A stretch of DNA of 64,000 nt from the NCBI GenBank assembly GCA_046045415.1, contig JBJOLT010000015.1, positions 5,988-69,987 of the forward strand, given 5' to 3'. The stretch comes from Chloroflexota bacterium. Its GTDB lineage: Bacteria > Chloroflexota > Limnocylindria > Limnocylindrales > CSP1-4. Both the position numbers and the translations under genes were made by a program. The notes below the pieces were generated by a model. That model was given only the letters and a program-made list of their open reading frames with translations. It made no database searches and was not told the origin of the DNA. Positions within the stretch are counted from its first letter, which is position 1; each line of letters begins with the position of its first letter. Shown piece by piece: positions 26,974 through 34,880 of this stretch.

Positions 26974-28382
26974 GCCGTCGTCCGCACCGGCCCGGCCGCC
27001 GTGAGCTCCTCGTAGAGCCGGATCAGCCCGGCCGATTCGGTCTCCCAGTTCCAGCGACCGTGCGCGGCCGCGAGGCAGCGCGCCCGGAGCGTCGCCATCC
27101 CGTCCGGGGGCAGGGCGAGGAGCTCGGCGATCCCCCGGGCGAGCGCCGGGACCGACGCGGGGTCGCAGACGACCCCGAGCGGGCCCGCCGGGTCGCCGAG
27201 GACGATCCGCCGCATCTCGGGGAAGTCGCTCGCGACGACCGGGACGCCGGCCGCGAGGCACTCGAAGAGCTTGTTCGGCGTCGAGAGCGCGTGGTTGAGC
27301 GTCGAGGCCTGGATGGCGACGACACCGACGTCGGCGCCGGCGACCCACTCGACGAGCTCGTCGGGCGGGACGGCGTCGAGGACGTGGAGCCGACCGCCGT
27401 AGCGGGGGTCCGCCGCGGCGCGGTCGAGGTCCTCGCGCATCCGCCCGTAGCCGAGGTAGACCGCGTGGACCCGCTCGAGGCCCGGCTCGAGGATCGCGGC
27501 CGCGAGCTCCTCCAGCCCGCGGTGCGCCGAGAAGCCGCCGTGATAGAGCGCGATCGGCTCACCGGCGGGGACCCCGGCGGCGGTCCTCAGCAGGTCGCGC
27601 CGCTCGATCCGACGCTCGTGGCGGGCCGGCGTGTTGTGGAGGACGACGGTCCGCCGGGGCGCGTACCGGCGCCCGAGCTCCTCCGCGAGCGAGACGTTCA
27701 CGGTCACGAGCGCGTCGGCGGCCGCGACCCAGCGCGCCTCGAGGCGCCGGAACCGGTCGCGGATCCAGCGTGGCCGGTGGGCGTTCGTCCCCGACTCGAG
27801 GAAGATCTCGTGGCTGTCGTAGACGACGCGGCCGCCGTTCCGCGCCGCGGCCCGGAGCGCGGCCGGGAGACCCGTCAGGTCGTGCCCGTGGTAGACGTCG
27901 GCGAGCGGCGCCGCCCGGGCCGCGGCGTCCGCCCAGCCGAGGATCGCGAAGCGCCAGCGGACGAGCCAGTCGAGCAGCGTCCCGCCGGGCGGCTGCGGCC
28001 TCCCGCGCCCCCACGCGAGGTACCACGCGCCGCGGACGACGACCCACGGCATCGCGACGACGGCGAGGGCGGCCGCCGCGGCCGCGTTCAGGAGCCCGAT
28101 CGGGAAGCGGCCGAGCGCGTGCCGGAGCCGGAAGAGGAGCCACGAGCGGGCCCGCCACGGGTAGCGCGCCCAGATCCACCAGCGTCGCCACGCGTGCGGG
28201 ATCGGGACGCGGACGATCTCGACGCCGTCGCGCGTCTCGCGGTCACCCACCCGCGCCGCCGGGTCGGTCGGGCGGGCGAGGATCGTCACCTCGTGACCGG
28301 CCGCGGCGAGCGTCCCCGCCTCGCGGAGCACCCGCGCGTCGGTCCGGCAGTCGTTGAAGACGAACATGACGACGCGGCTCAT
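26970..28382 (-). CDS. Glycosyltransferase, tandem paralog C (GT-B fold)
   Basis: 470 aa. Starts MSRVVMFVFNDCRTDARV and contains VYDSHEIFLESG and STLNHALSTPNKLFECLAAGVPVV. ATG at 28382 overlaps the epimerase stop (ATGA). Confidence 0.85.
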   Translation of the reverse strand: MSRVVMFVFNDCRTDARVLREAGTLAAAGHEVTILARPTDPAARVGDRETRDGVEIVRVPIPHAWRRWWIWARYPWRARSWLLFRLRHALGRFPIGLLNAAAAAALAVVAMPWVVVRGAWYLAWGRGRPQPPGGTLLDWLVRWRFAILGWADAAARAAPLADVYHGHDLTGLPAALRAAARNGGRVVYDSHEIFLESGTNAHRPRWIRDRFRRLEARWVAAADALVTVNVSLAEELGRRYAPRRTVVLHNTPARHERRIERRDLLRTAAGVPAGEPIALYHGGFSAHRGLEELAAAILEPGLERVHAVYLGYGRMREDLDRAAADPRYGGRLHVLDAVPPDELVEWVAGADVGVVAIQASTLNHALSTPNKLFECLAAGVPVVASDFPEMRRIVLGDPAGPLGVVCDPASVPALARGIAELLALPPDGMATLRARCLAAAHGRWNWETESAGLIRLYEELTAAGPVRTTA

Positions 28383-29497
28383 CGGACGCCACCGGCCTCG
28401 AGCGCCGTGACGATCGCCTCGGCCGCTCCGGCCGGCGCGAGGGCGACGGTCGCGGCCCGCTCCCGTGCCGCGGCCGGGGCCGACGACGGCGGTGCGAGGC
28501 GATCGAGCGCCGCGACGGCGAGCGCCGCATCGCGGCCGACGAGGACCGTCAGCCCGCGCGGATCGGCAGCCGCCTCGACCCACTCGGTCGTCCCGCGGAG
28601 CACGAGGCACGGCACCGCGAGCCAGGCGGCCTCGCGCTGGACGCCGCCGGAATCCGTGAGGACGGCGGCGGCGTGGAGCTGCAGGGCGAGCGAGGTCCGG
28701 TAGCCCTGCGGCTCGAGGATCGCGACGCTCGCGGGGAGCTCGATCCCGGCGGCGTCGAGCGCCGCCCGGGTCCCCGGGTGGAGCGCGAGGACGACGGGCC
28801 GCTCCGGGGTGGCGACGGCGGCGAGGAGCGCGCTCCAGCCGCGGAGCGCCGCCTCGTCGCGGTTCTCGGCGCGGTGGACCGTCGCGAAGCAGTAGCCGCC
28901 CGGCCGGAGCGGGATCCCGAGGCGCTCCCCGATCGCGGCGACGGGCGCCGGGTCGCGGATCGCCGCGAGCGTCCGTGCCGCGAGATCCTGCATCAGGTCG
29001 CCGACGAGCGTGACGCCCTCCCCGATCCGTTCGGCCTCGAGGTTCGCGACGGCCGCCGGGGTCGGGGCGAAGCGCCAGCGGGCGAGGTGATCGGCGACGA
29101 TCCGGTTCCGCTCCTCCGGCATCGCCCGGTCGAAGCTCCGGAGCCCCGCCTCGACGTGCGCGAGCGGGATCCCCGCCCGGGTCGCGGCGAGCGCCCCGGC
29201 GAGCGTCGAGTTCGTGTCGCCGTAGACGAGGACCGCGTCCGGGCGCCACTCGGCGAGGAGCGGGTCGAGCGCGTCGAGCATCCGGGCGACCTGCTCGCCG
29301 GCCGTCCCGCCGCCGATCCCGAGGGAGCGGTCGGGCTTCGGGAGGCCGAGCTCGGCGAAGAAGGCGCCGGCCATCGCCTCGTCGTAGTGCTGGCCGGTGT
29401 CGACGAAGCGCTCGTCATGGCGTGCGCGGAGGACCGGGCCGAGCGCCGCCGCCTTGATCAACTGGGGGCGCGTCCCGAGGACGCTGACGATCCGCAC
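28379..29497 (-). CDS. UDP-N-acetylglucosamine (or UDP-GlcNAc3NAcA) 2-epimerase, WecB/WbpI-like
   Basis: 372 aa with VLGTRPQLIKAA, YGDTNSTLAGALAA, HVEAGLRS and TDSGGVQREA. Confidence 0.9.
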   Translation of the reverse strand: MRIVSVLGTRPQLIKAAALGPVLRARHDERFVDTGQHYDEAMAGAFFAELGLPKPDRSLGIGGGTAGEQVARMLDALDPLLAEWRPDAVLVYGDTNSTLAGALAATRAGIPLAHVEAGLRSFDRAMPEERNRIVADHLARWRFAPTPAAVANLEAERIGEGVTLVGDLMQDLAARTLAAIRDPAPVAAIGERLGIPLRPGGYCFATVHRAENRDEAALRGWSALLAAVATPERPVVLALHPGTRAALDAAGIELPASVAILEPQGYRTSLALQLHAAAVLTDSGGVQREAAWLAVPCLVLRGTTEWVEAAADPRGLTVLVGRDAALAVAALDRLAPPSSAPAAARERAATVALAPAGAAEAIVTALEAGGVR

Positions 29498-29525
29498 GCG
29501 GAGAGCCTACCCGCCGCCGGGCGGG

Positions 29526-30956
29526 TCAGCGGCGCGCGGCGGGACGGCGGACGGCGGACGGGACCCCGACGCCGTGGTAGGCGACCCCGCGCGGGAGGGC
29601 GAGCGACCGAAGGCTGTTCCGGCCGTCGTAGAGGACCTGCAGGTGCGGGAAGCAGCCGAAGTCGAGCGTCGCGAAGCGGGGATCCGCGGTCTGGGTGACG
29701 ATCGCGAGCGCGTCGCTCCGCTCGCCCCAGCGGTACGGGGCGGCGCCGAGGGCGGCCGTCTCCGCCTCGTCGAGGAGCGGGTCGTAGGCGGCGACGCGGG
29801 CGCCGTGGAAGGTGAGGCGCTCGATCAGCGGGACCGCCCGGCTGTAGGCGAGCTCCTTCACCCCGTGGCGGTAGGTGAGCCCGAGGACGAGGATCGTCGT
29901 CCCGTCGAGCCCGCCGAGCGCCCGCTGGAGCGCCCTGACCGCGACGCCGACCTGCCCGTCGTTCGTCTTCCGCGACGTCGCGACGAGCTCCATCTCCGGG
30001 GCGCGACTGAGGAGGAAGTGCGGATAGACCGGGATGCAGTGGCCCCCGACGCCGATCCCGGGCTGGTGGATGTGCGAGTAGGGCTGGCTGTTCGCCGCGT
30101 CGATCACCTCCTGGATGTCGACGCCGACCCGGTCGGCATAGCGCGCGAACTCGTTCGCGAGCGCGATGTTCACGTCGCGGTAGGTGGTGTCGGCGAGCTT
30201 GCTGAACTCGGCCGCCTCGGCCGACGACATCGCGACGATCTCCGCGTCGAGGACGGACGCGTAGAAGCGGGCGGCGAGGTCGGTCGCCTCGGGCGTCAGC
30301 CCCCCGACGAGCTTCGGATAGGCGGCGAGGTTCCGGAGCGCCGCCCCGCTGTAGAGCCGCTCCGGCGAGAAGGCGACGTGGAGGTCGCGCTCGATCGACG
30401 TGCCGCTCGCCGCCTCGAGCTTCGGCGCGAAGCGGCCGCGCGTGTCCCCGACCGGGAGCGTGGTCTCGAAGATGACGAGCGAGCCCGGATGGACCCCGGG
30501 CGCGATCGACGCGACCGCGGCGTCCATGTAGCGGTAGTCCGGCTGGTGGGCGTCGTCGAGCATGACCGGGACGATGAGGACGACGACGTCGGACTCGCGC
30601 GCCGCGGCGGCGGCATCGGTCGTCGCGCGGAGCCGGCCGGCGGCGTGGGCGCCCGCGACGAGCTCGGCGAGCCCCGGCTCGTCGTCGACGTGCGACTCGC
30701 CCCGATTGATCGAGTCGACGACCTCGCGTCGGACGTCGACGGCGACGACCTCCCAGCCGTGCGAGGCGTACTGGGCGCAGAGCGGGAGCCCCATCTTGCC
30801 GGCGCCGATCACCGCGACCCGGCCGGCGGTCCCCTCCTCGCCGGTCCACGGGGAGACCCGGCGCGTCTCGCCGTGCGGGCACGGCGCCGCCGGGAGCTCG
30901 ATCGAGCCGCCGAGGAGGCTCGGCCCCGTCGCGCTCGGGCGGGCGACGATCCTCAT
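29526..30956 (-). CDS. Nucleotide-sugar dehydrogenase (copy 2, WbpA-like UDP-GlcNAc 6-dehydrogenase candidate)
   Basis: 476 aa with VAVIGAGKMGLPLC and [18 protein letters not shown] at 30956 overlaps the upstream stop (ATGA). About 45 aa of unusual N-terminal lead precede the Rossmann fold. Confidence 0.8.
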   Translation of the reverse strand: MRIVARPSATGPSLLGGSIELPAAPCPHGETRRVSPWTGEEGTAGRVAVIGAGKMGLPLCAQYASHGWEVVAVDVRREVVDSINRGESHVDDEPGLAELVAGAHAAGRLRATTDAAAAARESDVVVLIVPVMLDDAHQPDYRYMDAAVASIAPGVHPGSLVIFETTLPVGDTRGRFAPKLEAASGTSIERDLHVAFSPERLYSGAALRNLAAYPKLVGGLTPEATDLAARFYASVLDAEIVAMSSAEAAEFSKLADTTYRDVNIALANEFARYADRVGVDIQEVIDAANSQPYSHIHQPGIGVGGHCIPVYPHFLLSRAPEMELVATSRKTNDGQVGVAVRALQRALGGLDGTTILVLGLTYRHGVKELAYSRAVPLIERLTFHGARVAAYDPLLDEAETAALGAAPYRWGERSDALAIVTQTADPRFATLDFGCFPHLQVLYDGRNSLRSLALPRGVAYHGVGVPSAVRRPAARR

Positions 30957-32005
30957 CGGGCCGGGAGCCGCGCGGCGAGGGCGGAGAGGTCGGACGGGCG
31001 CCCGGCGTCGGCGGATTCGAGGAGTGCGGTGGCGATCGCGACCGCCCAGAGGCCGTCCTCGACGTCGACTGCGGGGCGGCCGCCGCCCCGGACCGTCGCG
31101 AGGAAGGCGTCGATCTCCGCGACGAGCGGCTCCCGGTTCTCGACCGGGATCTCCGCGACGTCGCCGGCGAACGTCGTCGCGTAGCCCCCGAGCGTCTGCG
31201 GGTTCGCGACGTCGGCCTTCGTGAAGGTGAGGCGCTGCGTCAGGTAGTCGAGCTCGAACATCCCCTCCTCGCCGATGACGGTCAGCTGGCGTCGCTTCGC
31301 GGGCGTCAGCCAGTTGACGTCGATCATCCCGGTCGCGCCCGACGGGAAGTGGAGGAGGCCGAAGAGGAGGTCCTCGTGCGTCGCGTGGATCCGCTGCGCA
31401 TGCTCGGCGTAGGCGCGGGAGGGGCGCTCGCCGGCGATCCAGCAGAGCATGTCGGCATCGTGCGTGCCGAGGTCCACCGTCACCCCGACGTCGCGGATCC
31501 GCGCGGGGAACGGGCCGGCGCGCCGGCTCGCGATCGCGTAGACCGTCGAGAGGGCGCCCCCCCGGAGGAGCTCGCCGAGCCGGAGGACGGCGGGGTTGAA
31601 GCGCTCGACGTGGCCGACCTGGACCGGGACACCCGCGGCGCGGGAGGCCTCGACGATCCGGAGCCCCTCCTCCACCGACGCGGCGAGCGGCTTCTCGACG
31701 AGGAGCGCGACGCCCCGCTCGATCGCGGCGAGCGCGAGCGGGAGGTGGGCGGTCGTCGGCGCCGCGACGACGACCGCGTCGAGCTCCGCCTCGGCGATCA
31801 TCGCGAGCGGCTCGGAGAAGCCCTGTGCGCCCGATCGCGCCACCGCCTCCTCGACCGCGGCGGCCGCGGGGTCCGCGACCGCGACGAGCCGGCAGCCGGG
31901 CTGCGCGGCGAGGACGCGGAGATGGTTCCGTCCCATCGAGCCGAGTCCCGCGAGGCCGACGCGGACCTCGCGCTCGCCGACCGGCGTCCAGCGCGCGGGG
32001 CTCAT
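30953..32005 (-). CDS. Gfo/Idh/MocA-family oxidoreductase (WbpB-like)
   Basis: 350 aa with VGLAGLGSMGRNHL and EKPLA. ATG at 32005. Confidence 0.85.
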   Translation of the reverse strand: MSPARWTPVGEREVRVGLAGLGSMGRNHLRVLAAQPGCRLVAVADPAAAAVEEAVARSGAQGFSEPLAMIAEAELDAVVVAAPTTAHLPLALAAIERGVALLVEKPLAASVEEGLRIVEASRAAGVPVQVGHVERFNPAVLRLGELLRGGALSTVYAIASRRAGPFPARIRDVGVTVDLGTHDADMLCWIAGERPSRAYAEHAQRIHATHEDLLFGLLHFPSGATGMIDVNWLTPAKRRQLTVIGEEGMFELDYLTQRLTFTKADVANPQTLGGYATTFAGDVAEIPVENREPLVAEIDAFLATVRGGGRPAVDVEDGLWAVAIATALLESADAGRPSDLSALAARLPAR

Positions 32006-32015
32006 CGGGCGGGGC

Positions 32016-33116
32016 TCATCGGGGGGCGGCGTCCCCGTGCCGCGCGACGGCGGCCCGGACGGCGCCGATCACCGTCGCCTGCTCGTCGGCGGTCAGGTTG
32101 GGGTGCATCGGGAGGGCGATCGTCCGCGCCGCCGCGGCGTCGGTCACCGGGAGGTCGGCGTGGAGGCCGCGCTCCATCACGTACTCCTGCCGGTGGACCG
32201 GGAGCGGGTAGTAGACGTCGGCGCCGACCCCGTTCTCCCGGAGATCGGCGAGGATCGCGTCGCGCGCGCCGCCGACCTCGACGGTGTACTGGTGATAGAC
32301 GTGCGTCCGTCCCTCGGGCGTGACCGGGAGCCGGACCGGGAGATCGGCGAACGCCTCGTCGTACCGACCGGCGATCGCCTGGCGGCGTGCGGTGTTCCGC
32401 TCGAGCTTGTCGAGCTGGACGAGCCCGATCGCCGCGTTCAGGTTCGTCATCCGGAAGTTGTAGCCGAGGATCTCGAACGCGTAGCGGGTCCGCATCCCCT
32501 GGTTGCGGTAGAGCCGGAGCCAGTCGGCGAGCCGGTCGTCGTTCGTCGTCACCATCCCGCCCTCGGCGGTCGTCATGTTCTTCGTCGCGTAGAAGCTGAA
32601 GGCGCCGTGGCCGAACGAGCCGGCGCGGCGGCCGCGGTAGGTCGCCCCGTGCGCCTGGCAGGCGTCCTCCACGACCGCGATCCCGTGGCGGTCGGCGATC
32701 GCGCAGATCATGTCCATGTCGGCGACGAGGCCGAAGAGATGGACCGGGACGATCGCGCGGGTCCGCGGCGTGATCGCCTTCTCGATCAGCTTCGCGTCGA
32801 TGACGTAGGTGTCCGGCTCGATGTCGACGAAGACCGGGGTGGCGCCGGTGAAGAGGATCGAGTTCGCCGTCGCCGCGAACGTGTGCGCGACGGTGATCGC
32901 CTCGTCGCCGGGGCCGAGCCCGAGGCCGGCGAAGATCGCCATCTCGGCGAGCGTCCCGTTGCCGAACGCGATCGCGTGGCGGACGCCGCACATCGCGGCG
33001 AACCGCTCCTCGAACTCCGCGACCTGCTTCCCCTGGGCGATCATCCCGCTCCGGAGGACCTCGGTCACCGCCTCGATCTCCTCGGGACCGATGTCCGGCT
33101 TCGCGATCGGGATCAT
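32016..33116 (-). CDS. DegT/DnrJ/EryC1/StrS-family PLP aminotransferase (WbpE-like)
   Basis: 366 aa starting MIPIAKPDIGPEEIEAV. Contains FSFYATKNMTTAEGG (PLP Lys) and YHQYTV. ATG at 33116 overlaps the acetyltransferase stop (ATGA). Confidence 0.9.
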   Translation of the reverse strand: MIPIAKPDIGPEEIEAVTEVLRSGMIAQGKQVAEFEERFAAMCGVRHAIAFGNGTLAEMAIFAGLGLGPGDEAITVAHTFAATANSILFTGATPVFVDIEPDTYVIDAKLIEKAITPRTRAIVPVHLFGLVADMDMICAIADRHGIAVVEDACQAHGATYRGRRAGSFGHGAFSFYATKNMTTAEGGMVTTNDDRLADWLRLYRNQGMRTRYAFEILGYNFRMTNLNAAIGLVQLDKLERNTARRQAIAGRYDEAFADLPVRLPVTPEGRTHVYHQYTVEVGGARDAILADLRENGVGADVYYPLPVHRQEYVMERGLHADLPVTDAAAARTIALPMHPNLTADEQATVIGAVRAAVARHGDAAPR

Positions 33117-33787
33117 GCGCTCGCTCCATCGGCTGGGGCGTCGGCCCGCTCGGCGAGCGCGTCGGCCCTGGGGTCGTACCGGTAGGCGCGCCCGCATCGG
33201 GCGCAGTGGAGACTCGGATCGTGAGCGTACAACTCGGGCTTCCCCGGCGCCGGGTTCCCGTGCTCGTCCTTCAGCCGGTCGCCGCACGCGCAGACCCAGC
33301 CGATCCGGCGGGCCGGGTTGCCGGCGACGAGCGCGTGGTCGGGGACGGTCCTCGTGACGACCGCCCCGGCCCCGACGGTCGCGAAGCGCCCGACGTCCAC
33401 CCCCGCGACGACGACGGCGCCCGCACCGATCGAGCAGCCGTAGCGGAGCGTGATCGGGCTGACGACCCAGTCGGCGGCGCGGGCGAGCTCGCCGGTCGCG
33501 GTGATCGCGCGGGGGAACCGGTCGTTCGTGAGGATCGCGTTCGGGCCGATGAAGACGCCGTCCTCGACCGTGACGCCGTGGTAGACGAGCGCGGCGTTCT
33601 GGATCTTCACCCGGTCGCCGATGACGACGTCCTCGTCGATGAACGCATCGCGGCCCACGATGCAGCCCGCGCCGATCGTCGCGCGGTTCCGCACCTGGGC
33701 GCGGTGCCAGACGCTCGATCCGGCGCCGATCGCGACGTCCGCCTCGATGTCGGCCGACGGGTGGACGCGCGCAGAGGGGTCGATCAC
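33113..33787 (-). CDS. Left-handed beta-helix (hexapeptide) N-acetyltransferase (WbpD-like) with a C-terminal Cys-rich tail
   Basis: 224 aa with hexapeptide repeats (IGAGSSV, IGAGCIV, IGDRVKI, IGAGAVV). The tail is WVCACGDRL...HCARCG. GTG at 33787. Confidence 0.85.
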   Translation of the reverse strand: MIDPSARVHPSADIEADVAIGAGSSVWHRAQVRNRATIGAGCIVGRDAFIDEDVVIGDRVKIQNAALVYHGVTVEDGVFIGPNAILTNDRFPRAITATGELARAADWVVSPITLRYGCSIGAGAVVVAGVDVGRFATVGAGAVVTRTVPDHALVAGNPARRIGWVCACGDRLKDEHGNPAPGKPELYAHDPSLHCARCGRAYRYDPRADALAERADAPADGASA

Positions 33788-33863
33788 GGGTGGGAAGGGC
33801 TCCTTCGACGGCGCGCGACGGGGGCTCGGCGAGCGCGGCGCGAGCGCGACCGAGGCGTGGCGG

Positions 33864-33869
33864 AGTATA
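33864..33869 (-). promoter_or_regulatory. Candidate -10 box (TATACT) for the minus-strand wbp/glycosyltransferase operon
   Basis: This is the only AT-rich hexamer in the 178-nt spacer upstream of the acetyltransferase gene. It fits TAnnnT. No convincing -35. Confidence 0.3.
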
Positions 33870-33965
33870 CCGGAGCGGCCCTTCGGGACCCGGCGGGCGA
33901 CGGGCCGATCCCGTCGGTCCGACGCGCTCGGGCAGGTGGGCGCGGGCCGGTCGCCCTCCCCGGCC

Positions 33966-34796
33966 TCATCGCCGGCGGACCGCCGCCGCGACGGCCGCAC
34001 CCTGGCGGAGGAGCGCGCGGACGAGGCGCTCGACGAGCCGGCCCGCTCCGGTCGCACGGAGCTCGTCGCGGCGGAGGGCGAGGACGAGGACGAGCGCCTC
34101 CCAGATGATCCGGCGCGACATCTTCGAGCGGCCCACCCGACGGTCGCGGAAGGTGATCGGGACCTCCCGGATCCGTGCGCGGCCCCGCGCGGCCCGGTAG
34201 GTCATCTCGATCTGGAAGACGTAGCCGCCGGCATGGATCCCGCCGAGGTCGATCGCCGCGAGCGTCGCGGCGCGCCACGCCTTGAAGCCGCCGGTGAGGT
34301 CGCCCGGGCCGAGCCGGAGGACGAGCTTGGCGAAGAGGCTCCCGCCGCGGGAGACGATCCGACGACCGATCCCCCAGTCCTCGACCCGCCCGCCGCGGCA
34401 GTACCGAGAGCCGATGACGAGGTCGGCCTCGCCGCGCTCGAGCGGCCCGAGGAGCGCCGGCAGCGCGTCAGGATCGTGGGACCAGTCGGCATCCATCTGG
34501 ACGACGGTCCCGGCACCGCCGGCGAGGGCGACCCCGAAGCCGTCGACGTAGGCGCGCCCGAGTCCCTCCTTCCCGGCTCGATGGCGGACCCTGATCCGCG
34601 GGTCGGCGGCGGCGAGCTCGTCGGCGAGCCGGCCGGTCCCGTCCGGCGAGGCGTCGTCGACGACGAGGAGCGTCGCCTCGGGGAGCGCCTCGAGGATGGC
34701 GCGCGCGATCGGGGCGAGGTTCTCCGCCTCGTCGTACGTCGGGAGGACCACCCACGTCCCGGCGGGACGGGGCTCCGCGGTCGTTCGGCGCGCCAC
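33966..34796 (-). CDS. Polyprenol-phosphate mannose/glycose synthase (GT2, Ppm1/DPM1-like)
   Basis: 276 aa with VVLPTYDEAENL, VVDDASPDGT, VQMDADWSHDP and GGFKAW. Confidence 0.85.
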   Translation of the reverse strand: MARRTTAEPRPAGTWVVLPTYDEAENLAPIARAILEALPEATLLVVDDASPDGTGRLADELAAADPRIRVRHRAGKEGLGRAYVDGFGVALAGGAGTVVQMDADWSHDPDALPALLGPLERGEADLVIGSRYCRGGRVEDWGIGRRIVSRGGSLFAKLVLRLGPGDLTGGFKAWRAATLAAIDLGGIHAGGYVFQIEMTYRAARGRARIREVPITFRDRRVGRSKMSRRIIWEALVLVLALRRDELRATGAGRLVERLVRALLRQGAAVAAAVRRR

Positions 34797-34880
34797 GCCC
34801 GGGAGTGTAGGGCAGGTCCGGCGGCCCCTCCCGGGGCGCCGCGTGGCCTGCGGGTCAGCGGGAGGGCCGCGGCCCGCAGG

